A stretch of DNA of 64,000 nucleotides from an uncultured Candidatus Saccharibacteria bacterium (GTDB lineage Bacteria > Patescibacteriota > Saccharimonadia > Saccharimonadales > CAZJQT01): the NCBI GenBank assembly GCA_964548655.1, contig CAZJQT010000001.1, positions 30,884 to 94,883 of the forward strand, in the 5' to 3' direction. The position numbers and the translations under genes were made by a program. A model generated the notes under the pieces. The model was not told where the DNA came from. It did no database searches and was given only the letters and a program-made list of their open reading frames with translations. This document shows, one piece after another, positions 18,675 through 26,854 of this stretch. Each line of letters opens with the position of its first letter. Within the stretch, counting starts at the first letter, position 1.

Positions 18675-18985
18675 CCAAGATTTATAACAAACTGGTCAGG
18701 GATAAAATCCCGGAAATCATTGAAGCCGATGGCGGCAAACCAGTAACCCGAATTTTAGAGGAAAACGCGGTTCTACCAGCACTCATTCTGAAGTTTGACG
18801 AAGAGGTTGATGAATTTGTTGCCAACCCGTCTCTAAGCGAATTAGCTGACATCCAAGAAGTTGTTCTGGCTCTGGCTGGCTTAATTGGTGTAACTCCTGA
18901 ACAACTAGAACAGGCTCGTGCAGAAAAAGCTGAGGCTCGCGGTGGTTTTGATAAACACATTTTTTTGGAGAGAGTCGATGACTGA
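18671..18985 (+). CDS. MazG-like / phosphoribosyl-ATP pyrophosphohydrolase-like NTP pyrophosphatase
   Basis: YNKLVRDKIPEII and the EEVDEF...ELADIQEVV acidic helix pair are present. ATGA overlap with the upstream gene. Confidence 0.6.
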   Translation: MTKIYNKLVRDKIPEIIEADGGKPVTRILEENAVLPALILKFDEEVDEFVANPSLSELADIQEVVLALAGLIGVTPEQLEQARAEKAEARGGFDKHIFLERVDD

Positions 18986-19586
18986 CTTGCGCCAGGAAAC
19001 GGTTGATACCTACAACAAATCCGCCAAGGAATATGCTCAATATTTTAAAGGTTTTGGACCTCGTATTAGATACATCGAACAAGCTTGGAAACTGGCTGGC
19101 AATCCAAAACAGGCAAAAGTTGTAGAAATAGGTTGTGGTGACGGGCGCGACGCTAAAGAAATAATAAAACGCACCAAAAATTATACTGGTTTTGATATAT
19201 CAGAGGGCTTTATAAAACTGGCTAAAAAACAGATACCAAATGGCAAGTTTGAGGTGGCTGACGCTGCCACTTATAAATTCTCAAACAATCTCGATATAGT
19301 CTTTGCATTCGCTTCGCTACTGCATTTAGATAAAGACGAGTTCAGGCAAGTGCTTCGCAACGTCCATAAAGCCCTAAAACCCGCTGGCATATTCTACATA
19401 TCTGTTAAATACGCTCCTGCCTACCAGGAATATATTAAAAAGGATGAACACGGCCAGCGTTTGTTCTATTTTTATCACCTTGAGTTAATAGAAGAATTGG
19501 CTGGCAAAGACTATAAAACTGTTTACTCAGAGCGCGAAACCATTGGCCATACTGATTGGCTGGAAGTTGCTCTTCGAAAAATCTGA
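18978..19586 (+). CDS. Class I SAM-dependent methyltransferase
   Basis: SAM motif I is VVEIGCGDGRD, with post-I and motif II-like DIVFAFASLLHL. I placed the start at the ATG at 18978 (overlap with the upstream stop), not the longer 18918 ORF. Confidence 0.75.
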   Translation: MTDLRQETVDTYNKSAKEYAQYFKGFGPRIRYIEQAWKLAGNPKQAKVVEIGCGDGRDAKEIIKRTKNYTGFDISEGFIKLAKKQIPNGKFEVADAATYKFSNNLDIVFAFASLLHLDKDEFRQVLRNVHKALKPAGIFYISVKYAPAYQEYIKKDEHGQRLFYFYHLELIEELAGKDYKTVYSERETIGHTDWLEVALRKI

Positions 19587-19592
19587 CGAATA

Positions 19593-19621
19593 TTGCAAAA
19601 GTTGCATAGCAGTGTTATAAT
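19593..19621 (+). promoter_or_regulatory. Putative promoter (TTGCAA-17-TATAAT)
   Basis: The hexamers lie at 19593-19598 and 19616-19621. The -10 abuts the first ATG, which argues for the downstream start at 19640. Confidence 0.55.
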
Positions 19622-19639
19622 ATGCTCATTCGAGGTGTT

Positions 19640-20209
19640 ATGAGATATTTAATAGCTGTCATTTTAGTAATTCTAGTCGTGGTGTTCGGCACCGTGGCGT
19701 TACTGCGTAGTTTTAATGGTGGCTCTAAAACTTCTAAAGCCCTTAAAATTACCAAAATGGCTGACTTTGATAACAATACTAACGCAGTTGTCAGCTGGAC
19801 CATGCAAGGCCGACTAGTTGGCGAGAACCAACGCCGTTCTTTGCGTATTACTATCACCGAATCAGAGCGCACAGCTGAAATCCTAGATGGCTATGAGCAA
19901 ACCCCTGATAAAACCCAGACAGAAGGTAACACCCAAGCGGCTTTCGCTACTTTTTTACGTGCCTTAGACAACCTAAACTTTGGCCGTCCTAGAAACTTCA
20001 AAACTAGCGACGAGCGTGGTTTTTGCCCAACAGGCAACCGTTTTGTTTACCAGTTAGATGATGGCAGCAATCAAGTTTTTAGAACTTGGGCAGATTCCTG
20101 CCAATCTGGTGATGGCACCTTTGGTGGCGTAGCCGCAACTACTGGTACTGTGTTCAAAGCCCAAATCACTGACTACGGCAAATTTATTTTTAACACTAGT
20201 TTGCAGTAA
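19640..20209 (+). CDS. Hypothetical membrane-anchored/secreted protein
   Basis: There is an N-terminal TM (YLIAVILVILVVVFGTVALL). I moved the start to the ATG at 19640 because a consensus TATAAT abuts the 19622 ATG and a GAGGTG SD precedes 19640. Confidence 0.55.
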   Translation: MRYLIAVILVILVVVFGTVALLRSFNGGSKTSKALKITKMADFDNNTNAVVSWTMQGRLVGENQRRSLRITITESERTAEILDGYEQTPDKTQTEGNTQAAFATFLRALDNLNFGRPRNFKTSDERGFCPTGNRFVYQLDDGSNQVFRTWADSCQSGDGTFGGVAATTGTVFKAQITDYGKFIFNTSLQ

Positions 20210-20229
20210 TAATTTGTTACAGTAGAGCG

Positions 20230-20784
20230 GTGATCAAAGCCGTTGTTTTCGATTTCTTTGGGGTTATTAGCTCAGATGAGTATTGGCATTTTATAGGTGT
20301 TGATAAACAAAAGCCTTCAGTTTTCCGTGAGATTAGTGACCAAACCAATCTAGGCAATATTGATTGGCAAGCTTTTCTACACAAAGTAGCCGAAGTTAAA
20401 AAGATAAGCGTAGATGAGATTCAAGCTGTTTATGAATCAGAACAGCTGAATCCACAAATCCTATCTCTAATCGAGACTCTGCATGCTAAGTACAAAACAG
20501 GCTTACTCACCAACGCCCATCATGACTACATTGATCAAATCATAGAAAAAGCACATCTACGTGATTTGTTTGATGTACTGGTTATTTCTTCCCGAGAGGG
20601 CGTAATCAAACCGGACCCCAGAATATTTCAGATTATGCTGGAAAGGCTAGAGGCAAGTCCTGAAGAAATAATTTATGTTGACGATCAGCAAAGACACGTT
20701 GAAGCAGCTAAATTACTAGGTATTAAAGCTATTTTGTATCAAGACTACCAACAACTGGCGCAAGAGTTAAGCAAGCTTTTATAG
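20230..20784 (+). CDS. HAD-superfamily hydrolase
   Basis: Motif I-like sequence is VVFDFFGV. Other HAD motifs are GLLTN and YVDDQQRHVEAAKLLG. Confidence 0.7.
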   Translation: MIKAVVFDFFGVISSDEYWHFIGVDKQKPSVFREISDQTNLGNIDWQAFLHKVAEVKKISVDEIQAVYESEQLNPQILSLIETLHAKYKTGLLTNAHHDYIDQIIEKAHLRDLFDVLVISSREGVIKPDPRIFQIMLERLEASPEEIIYVDDQQRHVEAAKLLGIKAILYQDYQQLAQELSKLL

Positions 20785-20893
20785 CACAAGTGGTATAAAG
20801 CCGAGTTTTTTTGTGTTTTTTGTCACAAAAGCTTAAGCTTCTTGACTAGCAGAGTTATAATTTAATTACCTTAACTAAAACAAAGGAATAAAA

Positions 20894-21091
20894 ATGACCC
20901 TCACAGAACAACCACTTTTGTATGAATTATATGAACATGGCAGGGACGTCGGTATGGTTATTGGCGGACTTTGCTTGGACGCACAGTATTTTGAAGACCA
21001 AGCCGAAGCAGCCGGACATGACACTGAAGTTCTAGTACCTCTAGCTGATACAGCTCTTAGACTAGCGCTAGTTACTGATCCTGATCACTAA
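20894..21091 (+). CDS. Hypothetical small acidic protein
   Basis: 65-aa ORF with an AAGGA SD 7 nt upstream. No motif recognised. Confidence 0.4.
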   Translation: MTLTEQPLLYELYEHGRDVGMVIGGLCLDAQYFEDQAEAAGHDTEVLVPLADTALRLALVTDPDH

Positions 21092-21310
21092 TCTCTTATC
21101 TGTTTTGCAGAGTTCCTGTAATTTATGAAGTTCAATACGTAGTGCCCCAGCCAAAGACGCGCTTTTCACCCCGATTATTATTTGCTGAGATTGAACCGTT
21201 ACTAACACTTCGTCGTAGAAATGCTTTCTGACGTAATCTTTGATAATTCTGATCTCTGGTGGGGCTGAGAAATCTTTTTTGCCTAGGATGTCACCAATCG
21301 CGTCTGTCAT
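21068..21310 (-). CDS. DUF721/DciA-like small protein
   Basis: The 80-aa pattern is ...QIIIGVKSASLAGALRIELHKLQELC...KRLVIRI, typical of DUF721. The assignment is tentative. Confidence 0.45.
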   Translation of the reverse strand: MTDAIGDILGKKDFSAPPEIRIIKDYVRKHFYDEVLVTVQSQQIIIGVKSASLAGALRIELHKLQELCKTDKRLVIRISN

Positions 21311-21337
21311 ACCCCGTATTGTACAATGGATACCACT

Positions 21338-22216
21338 ATGCCGGAGTTACCAGAAGTCGAAACCGTTAAACGCGGGCTAAGTCAGTTTTTGCCTGGCAAA
21401 AAGATTGTTGGCGTTACGCACGATTGGCCAAAGTCTTTTCCGAACGCCGAAGCCGACGTAAAAAAGTTTCTAATCGGCGCCAAGGTTAAGGAGGTAAAAC
21501 GCCGCGCCAAGGTGTTAATTATTGATCTTGATAACGCCTATAGTCTGGTAATCCACCTCAAAATGACCGGCCAACTAGTTTTCCGGAAGAACGATGACAG
21601 TCTTAGGTTTGGCGCCGGGCATCCAAATGATAGCCTGATAGGCAAACTACCTGACAAATCTACGCGCGTAACCTTTGGTTTGGGTGATAGCAAGCTTTTC
21701 TTTAACGACCAGCGTAAGTTTGGTTGGGTTAGGCTACTGCCAACCGTAGAAGTACCCAACATTGATTTTATGAAGCGGGTCGGGCCAGAACCTTTAGATG
21801 CTAAATTTACCGCCAAACAATTCCGGGAACGCATCAAAAAGCGAATGAACACTAGCATTAAAGCTGCGCTTTTAGACCAGTCAGTTATAGCTGGCGTGGG
21901 CAATATATATGCTGATGAATCACTTTGGGGAGCCAAAATTTATCCAGGAAAACAGGTTAAAAACTTAAACACAAGCAAATTGAACACATTATTTGAACAA
22001 CTTCAGTATGTGTTAAACCTAGCCATAGAAAAAGGCGGCAGCACTGACCGTAATTACGTTAATGCTGAAGGCAAACGCGGTAGCTACATGGACTTTGCCC
22101 GCGTGTTTAGACTGGATGGCCAACCATGCCCGCGTTGCGGCACGACTATCAAAAAAACTCGAGTGGTTGGCCGTGGCACGCACTTTTGCCCTAAGTGTCA
22201 GAAGGTGAGTTTATGA
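21338..22216 (+). CDS. mutM: Formamidopyrimidine-DNA glycosylase
   Basis: The start is set so the N-terminus is MPELPEVE (catalytic Pro2). A C-terminal zinc finger CPRCG...CPKCQ is present. Confidence 0.9.
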   Translation: MPELPEVETVKRGLSQFLPGKKIVGVTHDWPKSFPNAEADVKKFLIGAKVKEVKRRAKVLIIDLDNAYSLVIHLKMTGQLVFRKNDDSLRFGAGHPNDSLIGKLPDKSTRVTFGLGDSKLFFNDQRKFGWVRLLPTVEVPNIDFMKRVGPEPLDAKFTAKQFRERIKKRMNTSIKAALLDQSVIAGVGNIYADESLWGAKIYPGKQVKNLNTSKLNTLFEQLQYVLNLAIEKGGSTDRNYVNAEGKRGSYMDFARVFRLDGQPCPRCGTTIKKTRVVGRGTHFCPKCQKVSL

Positions 22217-22518
22217 AAAAGGCTTCTATTAAAGATCTTCAAGAGGAGATACTGGCCTTAGCTAAAGCCAAAGGCTTTCCTCTGAAACCGAGTGATCAGA
22301 AATTCTTAATAAAACGGATTTTATCCGAGGTAGAAGAATTAAAAAGTGAAAAACTGCCAGAAAAAATAGCCGAAGAAGCCATAGATATTCTGGTTCAATC
22401 AGTTCAACTGGTTTTGGCACTTGGTTTAGATCCAAATGAGATTTACAGACAGAAAATGGACAAAAACTGGCACAGGAAATGGCAGCGTAGAGACGATGGG
22501 GAGTTCAGATCATCATGA
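22213..22518 (+). CDS. All-alpha NTP pyrophosphatase (MazG/dCTPase-like)
   Basis: The SEVEELKSE ... EEAIDILVQSVQLVLALGLDPNEIYRQKMDKN helix pattern is present. ATGA overlap with mutM. Confidence 0.5.
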   Translation: MKKASIKDLQEEILALAKAKGFPLKPSDQKFLIKRILSEVEELKSEKLPEKIAEEAIDILVQSVQLVLALGLDPNEIYRQKMDKNWHRKWQRRDDGEFRSS

Positions 22519-23435
22519 TAACCACACTTACTGGCGAAAATTCTTTTGCTTTGAAGGCTGAATTACATCAACGTGTTAAAGATTTTGTGTCCAAACAGGG
22601 TGACATGGCACTAGAAAAACTAGATGGTGAAGAGGTTGAATTTGAGCGTATAACAGAGGCATTGCAGAGTCTACCATTCCTAGCTAGTCAGAAATTAGTC
22701 GTTCTACATACTCCAGGTGCCAACAAAAAATTTACCGAAGAGTTTGAAAAACTGTTGCCAACTATCAGTGAAACTACAGATGTAATTATGGTTGAACCCA
22801 AGCTGGATAAACGTACCCAATACTATAAAACACTCAAGGCCAAAACTGACTTTAAGGAATTTAACGAACTCGACGAAAATAGTTTGGCCAGATGGTTGGT
22901 TGATAAAGCAAAAAGACAAACTGCCGAGCTAAGTTCAACTGATGCGCGCTACTTAATAAGCAGAGTAGGCACCAACCAGCAAATGCTAGCAAACGAGCTA
23001 AAAAAACTTCTGACCTATGAGTCTAAAATCAGCCGGGTTAGCATTGATCTACTAACCGAACCAACTCCGCAAAGTAGTATTTTTAATCTGTTAGATGCGG
23101 CTCTGGCAGGTCAGACTAAACAAATGCTAAAACTCTACGAACAACAACGGGCACAGAAGGTTGAACCGCAACAAATTATTGCCATGCTGACTTGGCAGCT
23201 GCACGTTTTAGCAGTTATCAAAACAGCCGAAGGCAAAAGTGACGGCGAAATTGCCCGCGATGCCAAACTCAATCCTTACGTCATCGGTAAGAGTCGAACC
23301 ATCGCCAAGGAACTAACTTTTGGCCAGCTCAAAACTCTAGTTAGCAATCTCGTCAAACTAGAACAGGACCTTAAATCTATCTCAATTGACGCCGACGACG
23401 CCCTTCAAGCCTACTTGCTTGGGGTAACGGAATAA
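22515..23435 (+). CDS. holA: DNA polymerase III delta subunit
   Basis: 306 aa. The N-terminal ...LTGENSFALK..., the LKKLL helix and the overall delta-subunit layout fit holA. ATGA overlap with the upstream gene. Confidence 0.7.
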   Translation: MITTLTGENSFALKAELHQRVKDFVSKQGDMALEKLDGEEVEFERITEALQSLPFLASQKLVVLHTPGANKKFTEEFEKLLPTISETTDVIMVEPKLDKRTQYYKTLKAKTDFKEFNELDENSLARWLVDKAKRQTAELSSTDARYLISRVGTNQQMLANELKKLLTYESKISRVSIDLLTEPTPQSSIFNLLDAALAGQTKQMLKLYEQQRAQKVEPQQIIAMLTWQLHVLAVIKTAEGKSDGEIARDAKLNPYVIGKSRTIAKELTFGQLKTLVSNLVKLEQDLKSISIDADDALQAYLLGVTE

Positions 23436-23810
23436 CTATTTCTTTTTAGCTGTAGGCTTTTTGGCAGGTGATTTTTTAGTTGCTGGCTTTTTAGCCACTG
23501 TTTTCTTTGCAGCAGGCTTAGCAACGACTTTTTTGGCTGAACCAACGGTTTTAACACCGGCGGTTTTAGCTTTAGCAGCTAGTTGTTTTTTGATGCGCGC
23601 GGCCTTGTTGGCGTGAATAATACCTTTTTTAACGGCAGTATCTAGTGCGCTCTGGGCTTTGGCGTGGCTGTCACCAGCAGATTTTTTGCCAGCAAGATCA
23701 ACCTGAAAGGTTTTTAGAGCAGCTTTAAGCGTTCGCTTGGTCTTGGCATTGCGCAGGGTCGCTTTCTTGGCAGTACGGACGCGCTTTTTGGCGGATTTGA
23801 TAATGGGCAC
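23436..23810 (-). CDS. rpsT: 30S ribosomal protein S20 with a Lys/Ala-rich C-terminal extension
   Basis: The N-terminus is PIIKSAKKRVRTAKKATLRN. There is a GTG start with an AAGGAG SD. At 124 aa it is longer than the usual ~87 aa. Confidence 0.9.
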   Translation of the reverse strand: MPIIKSAKKRVRTAKKATLRNAKTKRTLKAALKTFQVDLAGKKSAGDSHAKAQSALDTAVKKGIIHANKAARIKKQLAAKAKTAGVKTVGSAKKVVAKPAAKKTVAKKPATKKSPAKKPTAKKK

Positions 23811-23884
23811 TAGGACTCCTTAAAAATTAACGATAAATTTACAGTCGAAGCTAGACTATAGCAACAGAGGCGAGATTTGTAAAG

Positions 23885-23973
23885 CCCAGTAGTAGACTTT
23901 TGAGCAGTTTGCCTGTGGCAAACCTAGCATCCTGGCCTCTTGGCCAAGATGCTCTCAAAAGCTCACTGCTGGG
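23885..23973. repeat. ~89-nt imperfect palindrome between the divergent rpsT and DHH-like genes
   Basis: The arms are CCCAGTAGTAGACTTTTGAGCAG / TGCTCTCAAAAGCTCACTGCTGGG. Internal hairpins are TTTGCC-TGT-GGCAAA and GCATCCTGGCC-TCTT-GGCCAAGATGC. It shares CTGGC.CTCTTGGC with copies A and B. Confidence 0.55.
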
Positions 23974-24041
23974 TAAAGCAAAACCATGGACATTGCTTGT
24001 GCTTTATGGTACGATTCAATCAGTTAGGATCAAATACAAAA

Positions 24042-25634
24042 ATGGATACTCAAAAAGCTCAAGTTGTTGATTGGCTAAAGTCTGCCAACAACGTTTTGGT
24101 GACTGTTAGCGCCAACCCCTCAGTTGACCAATTATCAGCCGCCATTGGCTTGACGTTACTTCTAAACAAAATGGGCAAACATGCCACAGCCGTTTTCAGT
24201 GGTCAGACCCCGTCAACTATTGAGTTCCTGCAACCTGAGAAAACCCTAGAAAAAAACACCGACAGTCTGCGTGATTTTATAATTGCGCTCGATAAATCCA
24301 AGGCTGATAAGCTGCGTTATAAGGTTGAAGACCAAATGGTTAAAATCTTTATAACTCCTTACAGAACTTCGTTGAGTGATAAAGATTTGGAATTCAGCCA
24401 AGGTGATTTCAACGTTGATGTTGTGATGGCCTTGGGTGTCAAAGAACAAACTGATCTGGATAAAGCCATAATTGCGCATGGGCGCATACTGCACGATGCC
24501 AAAGTTGTTGGCGTCAGTAATGATCCGGCTCAACAACTCGGTAATGTTAATTTGATAGATACTAGAGCTAGCAGTTTATGCGAGATCTTGGCGGCACTAG
24601 GTGTCAGTCTACAGCCTGATATTTTGGATGCCCAGATTGCTACTGCGTTTTTGACGGGTATCGTGGCCGAAACCGACCGCTTCAGCAATCAAAAAACCAG
24701 TTCTGAAACCATGCAAATGAGCTCGAAGCTAATGACTGCTGGTGCCAACCAACAATTAGTGGCTAAACAATTAAAACCTACGGAAGAAAAAGTCGAGCTA
24801 TTAAAAGAAGTGCCAGACAAAAAGATTGATAGTAAAGACGATAAAGGCGCTCTAGAAATCGAGCACAATGAGCCGGCTCCTAAGGAAACCGTAACTGAGC
24901 TACCTGAGCCGCAACCTGAGCCACCAGAAATTGAACAGATTCATATTAGTGAGGATGGCCAAATTGAGCCACCAGCCCCAGAAGATAAAACTACCGAAAA
25001 ATCCAGGTTTATTTTAGAGCCACCAACGCTTGGCGGCCGGTTAACTGCCAATAGCGAGCCGGAAGCACTAGATCCAAGCACCGACCCGTTAGGTGCTAAA
25101 ACCAAAGAAACACCAATCCTAACTCACACTGAAAAAGGTGAGAACAAAACTAGTAACCTGCCAAAAACTGAGCCAGCTAAACCACAACAGAGCAAGACTT
25201 TAACCCAGCTAGAGAAGGAAACCGACAGTCCGCATCTTGATCAGCCTGCCACCAGTGACAATAAAGCCGAGCTTGACAGTGCTCGGCAAGCAGTTGAAGC
25301 AGCAGCACCGCCAACGATAAAACCACCAGAAGCTCTGGGTTCTCAATACATTGATATCGATCCTAAACTTACTCCGGCTAATCAGAGTCCGCCACCAACG
25401 CCAACCGAAAACGTTACGTCAGATCCTGGTCTGCCCCCAGGTTTGTCGCCGAACAGGCCTGATTTGCCCCCACCGAGTCCCTTTGGTACCAGCAGCCCAT
25501 CGGTAATACCCCCACCTCCGGTGCCCCCACCGATGATGCCTCCGCCAGTCAATCCTAGTATGAGTTCAGGCCAACAACCATTGCCAAACGCTGAAAACGA
25601 CAACGACGCCCAAGAACCACCCGTAGCACTCTAA
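24042..25634 (+). CDS. DHH-like (NrnA-type fold) protein with degenerate catalytic motifs and a ~300-aa Pro/Glu/Thr-rich C-terminus
   Basis: The sequence aligns by eye to NrnA motifs, but DxD becomes SVD, DHH becomes VSN and GDTGRF becomes AETDRF. I placed the start at the ATG at 24042, not the 23940 TTG. Confidence 0.5.
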   Translation: MDTQKAQVVDWLKSANNVLVTVSANPSVDQLSAAIGLTLLLNKMGKHATAVFSGQTPSTIEFLQPEKTLEKNTDSLRDFIIALDKSKADKLRYKVEDQMVKIFITPYRTSLSDKDLEFSQGDFNVDVVMALGVKEQTDLDKAIIAHGRILHDAKVVGVSNDPAQQLGNVNLIDTRASSLCEILAALGVSLQPDILDAQIATAFLTGIVAETDRFSNQKTSSETMQMSSKLMTAGANQQLVAKQLKPTEEKVELLKEVPDKKIDSKDDKGALEIEHNEPAPKETVTELPEPQPEPPEIEQIHISEDGQIEPPAPEDKTTEKSRFILEPPTLGGRLTANSEPEALDPSTDPLGAKTKETPILTHTEKGENKTSNLPKTEPAKPQQSKTLTQLEKETDSPHLDQPATSDNKAELDSARQAVEAAAPPTIKPPEALGSQYIDIDPKLTPANQSPPPTPTENVTSDPGLPPGLSPNRPDLPPPSPFGTSSPSVIPPPPVPPPMMPPPVNPSMSSGQQPLPNAENDNDAQEPPVAL

Positions 25635-25799
25635 AACTACATGCCGTGCCACCCGTTTCCGACCAAAGGTCGAAACTCTGCTGGCACTCTTGGCATCCTG
25701 CGTTGTTGCTGATTCTAGTGCTCCTTCGCCGTATTTCGATACGGCTCTGTCCGCGCTTCATCAGCGCCTAGCAGGGTGCTCAAGCATGTAGCTTTAGAG
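25629..25799 (+). repeat. Long rod-like imperfect palindrome, family copy A (171 nt)
   Basis: The terminal arms CTCTAAAACTACATGC / GCATGTAGCTTTAGAG pair at 15 of 16 positions. Internal helices are nested. The apical hairpin is CCGTAT-TTCG-ATACGG. Confidence 0.75.
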
Positions 25800-25822
25800 A
25801 TCTTTAACTTACAATGTAGGCC

Positions 25823-26521
25823 ATGGACGGCTTACTACTAGTTGACAAACCTTCTGGCTGGACTAGTTTTGATGTGGTAGCCAAGGTTCGTGGCATGCTA
25901 AAACAAACTGGCATCGCCAAACCAAAAGTGGGGCATACAGGTACATTGGATCCGTTGGCTACCGGTTTATTGGTTTTAGTAGTTGGCAAATACACCAAGC
26001 GCGCTCAGGAATTTTTCAAATTGGATAAAACCTACCAAGTAACTATGGAGCTTGGCCAAACCAGTACCACAGGCGACGAAGAAGGTGAGAAGACCAAAAT
26101 ATCCGACAACAGACCTACTCAAAAGGATCTAGAAGAAGTCATCAAACAGTTTACCGGCCAGATCGACCAAGTACCACCAGCCTTCTCGGCTATAAAAATT
26201 GGTGGCCAACGGGCCTATAAACTAGCGCGGGCAGGGCAGAAGGTGGAGCTTGAACCGCGTAAAGTAGAAATTTACGGTATAAATCTAGAAAAATATGACT
26301 ACCCAGCGATACAGTTCACAGCCAAAGTGTCATCAGGAACCTACATCCGTTCATTGGTGGCTGATATCGGTGAAAAACTTGGGACTGGCGCATATATGAC
26401 AGGGTTAAGCCGTACTCAGGTCGGACAATTTGAATTAGAAAAAGCAGTTGATTTAAGTAAAATTATGTGGGATAATATAACTCAGCAAATAATTGTAACA
26501 GATGACAAGTCTACCATTTAA
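25823..26521 (+). CDS. truB: tRNA pseudouridine(55) synthase
   Basis: Motifs GLLLVDKPSGWTSFDVV and GHTGTLDPLATGLLVL (catalytic Asp) are present. Confidence 0.9.
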   Translation: MDGLLLVDKPSGWTSFDVVAKVRGMLKQTGIAKPKVGHTGTLDPLATGLLVLVVGKYTKRAQEFFKLDKTYQVTMELGQTSTTGDEEGEKTKISDNRPTQKDLEEVIKQFTGQIDQVPPAFSAIKIGGQRAYKLARAGQKVELEPRKVEIYGINLEKYDYPAIQFTAKVSSGTYIRSLVADIGEKLGTGAYMTGLSRTQVGQFELEKAVDLSKIMWDNITQQIIVTDDKSTI

Positions 26522-26777
26522 TTCTGAGTTTCCCGAACCTCATCCTATTTATGAGGATTACATGCAGCATATTGATGAATTGCGTCGGGACGAACGTCAC
26601 AAAAGGGATCTAGACACCCAACTAGGTGCATTGGGAGTTAACCTAGCCCTCGTTTGTTATGAAGTTGCCCAAGGAGATTTTAGAATGTCAGTTGTTACGG
26701 GTGCTTCTTTATTGGGAATAAACGCTGTCTCCCGCGCAATATTACGCCGGGACTACCAAGAGCGGGCTCAAAGCTAG
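26502..26777 (+). CDS. Hypothetical protein
   Basis: 91-aa ORF overlapping the truB 3' end by 20 nt. No motif recognised. Confidence 0.35.
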   Translation: MTSLPFNSEFPEPHPIYEDYMQHIDELRRDERHKRDLDTQLGALGVNLALVCYEVAQGDFRMSVVTGASLLGINAVSRAILRRDYQERAQS

Positions 26778-26779
26778 AC

Positions 26780-26808
26780 TTGCTTAACAGAGAAGAGTGT
26801 GCTACTAT
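26780..26808 (+). promoter_or_regulatory. Putative rpsO promoter (TTGCTT-17-TACTAT)
   Basis: The hexamers lie at 26780-26785 and 26803-26808. Confidence 0.5.
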
Positions 26809-26854
26809 CATCTGTAACGCCATCAAAACTCTCGTTAATTTAATAAGGAACTGA

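Noticed and set aside
18918-18977. A longer start for the methyltransferase ORF at 18918.
   Set aside because: It would overlap the MazG-like gene by 68 nt. The ATG at 18978 gives the usual short overlap seen throughout this operon.
20838-20849. The AAGCTTAAGCTT tandem palindrome downstream of the HAD gene.
   Set aside because: It is short, AT-rich and lacks flanking structure or recurrence elsewhere in the window. It is probably a chance occurrence.
23940-24041. A 34-aa N-terminal extension of the DHH-like ORF from a TTG start.
   Set aside because: The extension (Cys/His/Trp-rich) runs through the palindromic element and the putative TGGACA-17-TACGAT promoter. The ATG at 24042 gives a sensible N-terminus.
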